Assembly (NCBI GenBank): GCA_030704615.1
Contig: CM060731.1
Coordinates: 33,976,001 to 34,040,000 of the forward strand
DNA from: Takakia lepidozioides
Lineage: Eukaryota > Plantae > Bryophyta
Length of the DNA: 64,000 bases
Reading direction: 5' to 3'
The notes below the pieces were generated by a model, which did not search any database, was not told the origin of the DNA, and was given only the letters and a program-made list of their open reading frames with translations. Positions 62,890 to 64,000 of the stretch are shown piece after piece. The position numbers and the translations under genes were made by a program. Each line of letters begins with the position of its first letter. Position 1 is the stretch's first letter.

Positions 62890-63706
62890 TAACCACTCTG
62901 TTAACCACTCATTTTGAGTGGTAAAAGACACTAAACCACTCTAGACCCAGAGTGATGATGAACCAGTGCATTAGGACAAGTGAGTGGTAAAAGACATTAC
63001 GTGGCACCGGTGGTTAAGGACGGTGGTTCGAACCACTCACGTCCGGGTCCACCTGTTAGCTGACGTGTCACTGAGGTAAACCAACTACTTATGACGTGTC
63101 ACAGTGGTAAACTGACGTGTCATAGTGGTAAAGTAACCACTTCCGTTTTGTAGTGGAGACGTGTAAGCCGGTGGTCCGTGGATGATATTGGAGATTATGT
63201 CGACACGTGGCGACACTCTCAGCATGGACACGTGTCGTGTGTCAGTGCTACGAAATGGATGGAGTGAAAAATTCAATGACTTCCGAAACCACTTGTTGAG
63301 TGACCACAAAATGACTCATAGAGTCATTCTATGAAAACTGAGAATATACAATATCAGTCACAGAGTGGTTATGTGAGTGGATAACGTCTCTCAGCAGGTC
63401 ATTGGAATGAAAACCCACAGAGTGGTGTGTAAGCTATTTGAGTCATTCATGGTGTCTCTTTGAGTGGTCACTATGAATTGGAGTCATTACTAACAGAGTG
63501 GTGTGTAAGTGATTAGGAATATCAGTGGAGGAATTCATACCACTAGTACAGTAATATATATGTGACTACTTATACCACTATACAAGTGGTAATGTAGGCA
63601 ATTGTATGCATTTGGCTACTCCCACAGTTTTAAATTATACCACTATTACAGTGATGTGCAAGTGATTATGAACATGACTAGAGGAACACATACCACTAGT
63701 GTAGTG
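62890..63706. mobile_element. Possible CACTA right end with ACCACT/AGTGGT subterminal repeats
   Basis: Many ACCACT/AGTGGT motifs in both orientations, ending ...ACTAGTGTAGTG (reverse complement CACTAC) at 63706; left end not identified. Confidence 0.45.
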
Positions 63707-64000
63707 TTTAAAGAAGTACCATTGGGGATTCAAGCTCCACAAAATAGAATAGAATCCCAGAGAGTTAAGTGCTGGAACACTGTCAACAAAATCCAGCCAT
63801 GAAAAAAGCACTAAGCCTAACTTCTACACGGCGTCTCCGCATGCATGCTAGGAACACTGAACTGCTTTCATGCCTTCTTCTCACTGCCAGCAATGTCTAT
63901 GCCCGGGCGAACGAAATCTAAGCCCTCTTCATGTTCTTCTCTGGCCAAAGACAATTCAGACCAACGACATCCTCCAAAATTGTTTGCGGTGGGACCTCTT

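Overview
Eukaryotic land-plant nuclear DNA. A non-seed plant, probably a bryophyte, is inferred from the PLS-DYW PPR genes and the moss-type hAT and Helentron sequences. Apparently intact host genes: a 4-exon VAMP71 R-SNARE (-), an intronless secreted DUF642-like gene (-), an 8-exon USP/coiled-coil/kinase gene of RLCK-IXb (PUB33/35-like) type whose catalytic motifs are degraded (+), a conserved 4-exon 132-aa plant protein (+), and an intronless, probably plastid-targeted protein (+). The rest is a dense transposon and pseudogene landscape. It includes a decayed Helentron (OTU + Rep + PIF1 helicase + APE endonuclease) with nested insertions, and an RTEX-like LINE family with six 3' termini that all abut CT-rich tracts. 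It also holds tRNA-derived SINEs, hAT/Tourist/Mariner-type MITEs, a PPR-DYW pseudogene, and a ~13-kb mosaic of fused gene fragments (PPR, TMEM245, IRX10, others). A perfect 96-bp inverted repeat brackets the DUF642-like gene. All family assignments come from motif recognition by eye; no database searches were run.
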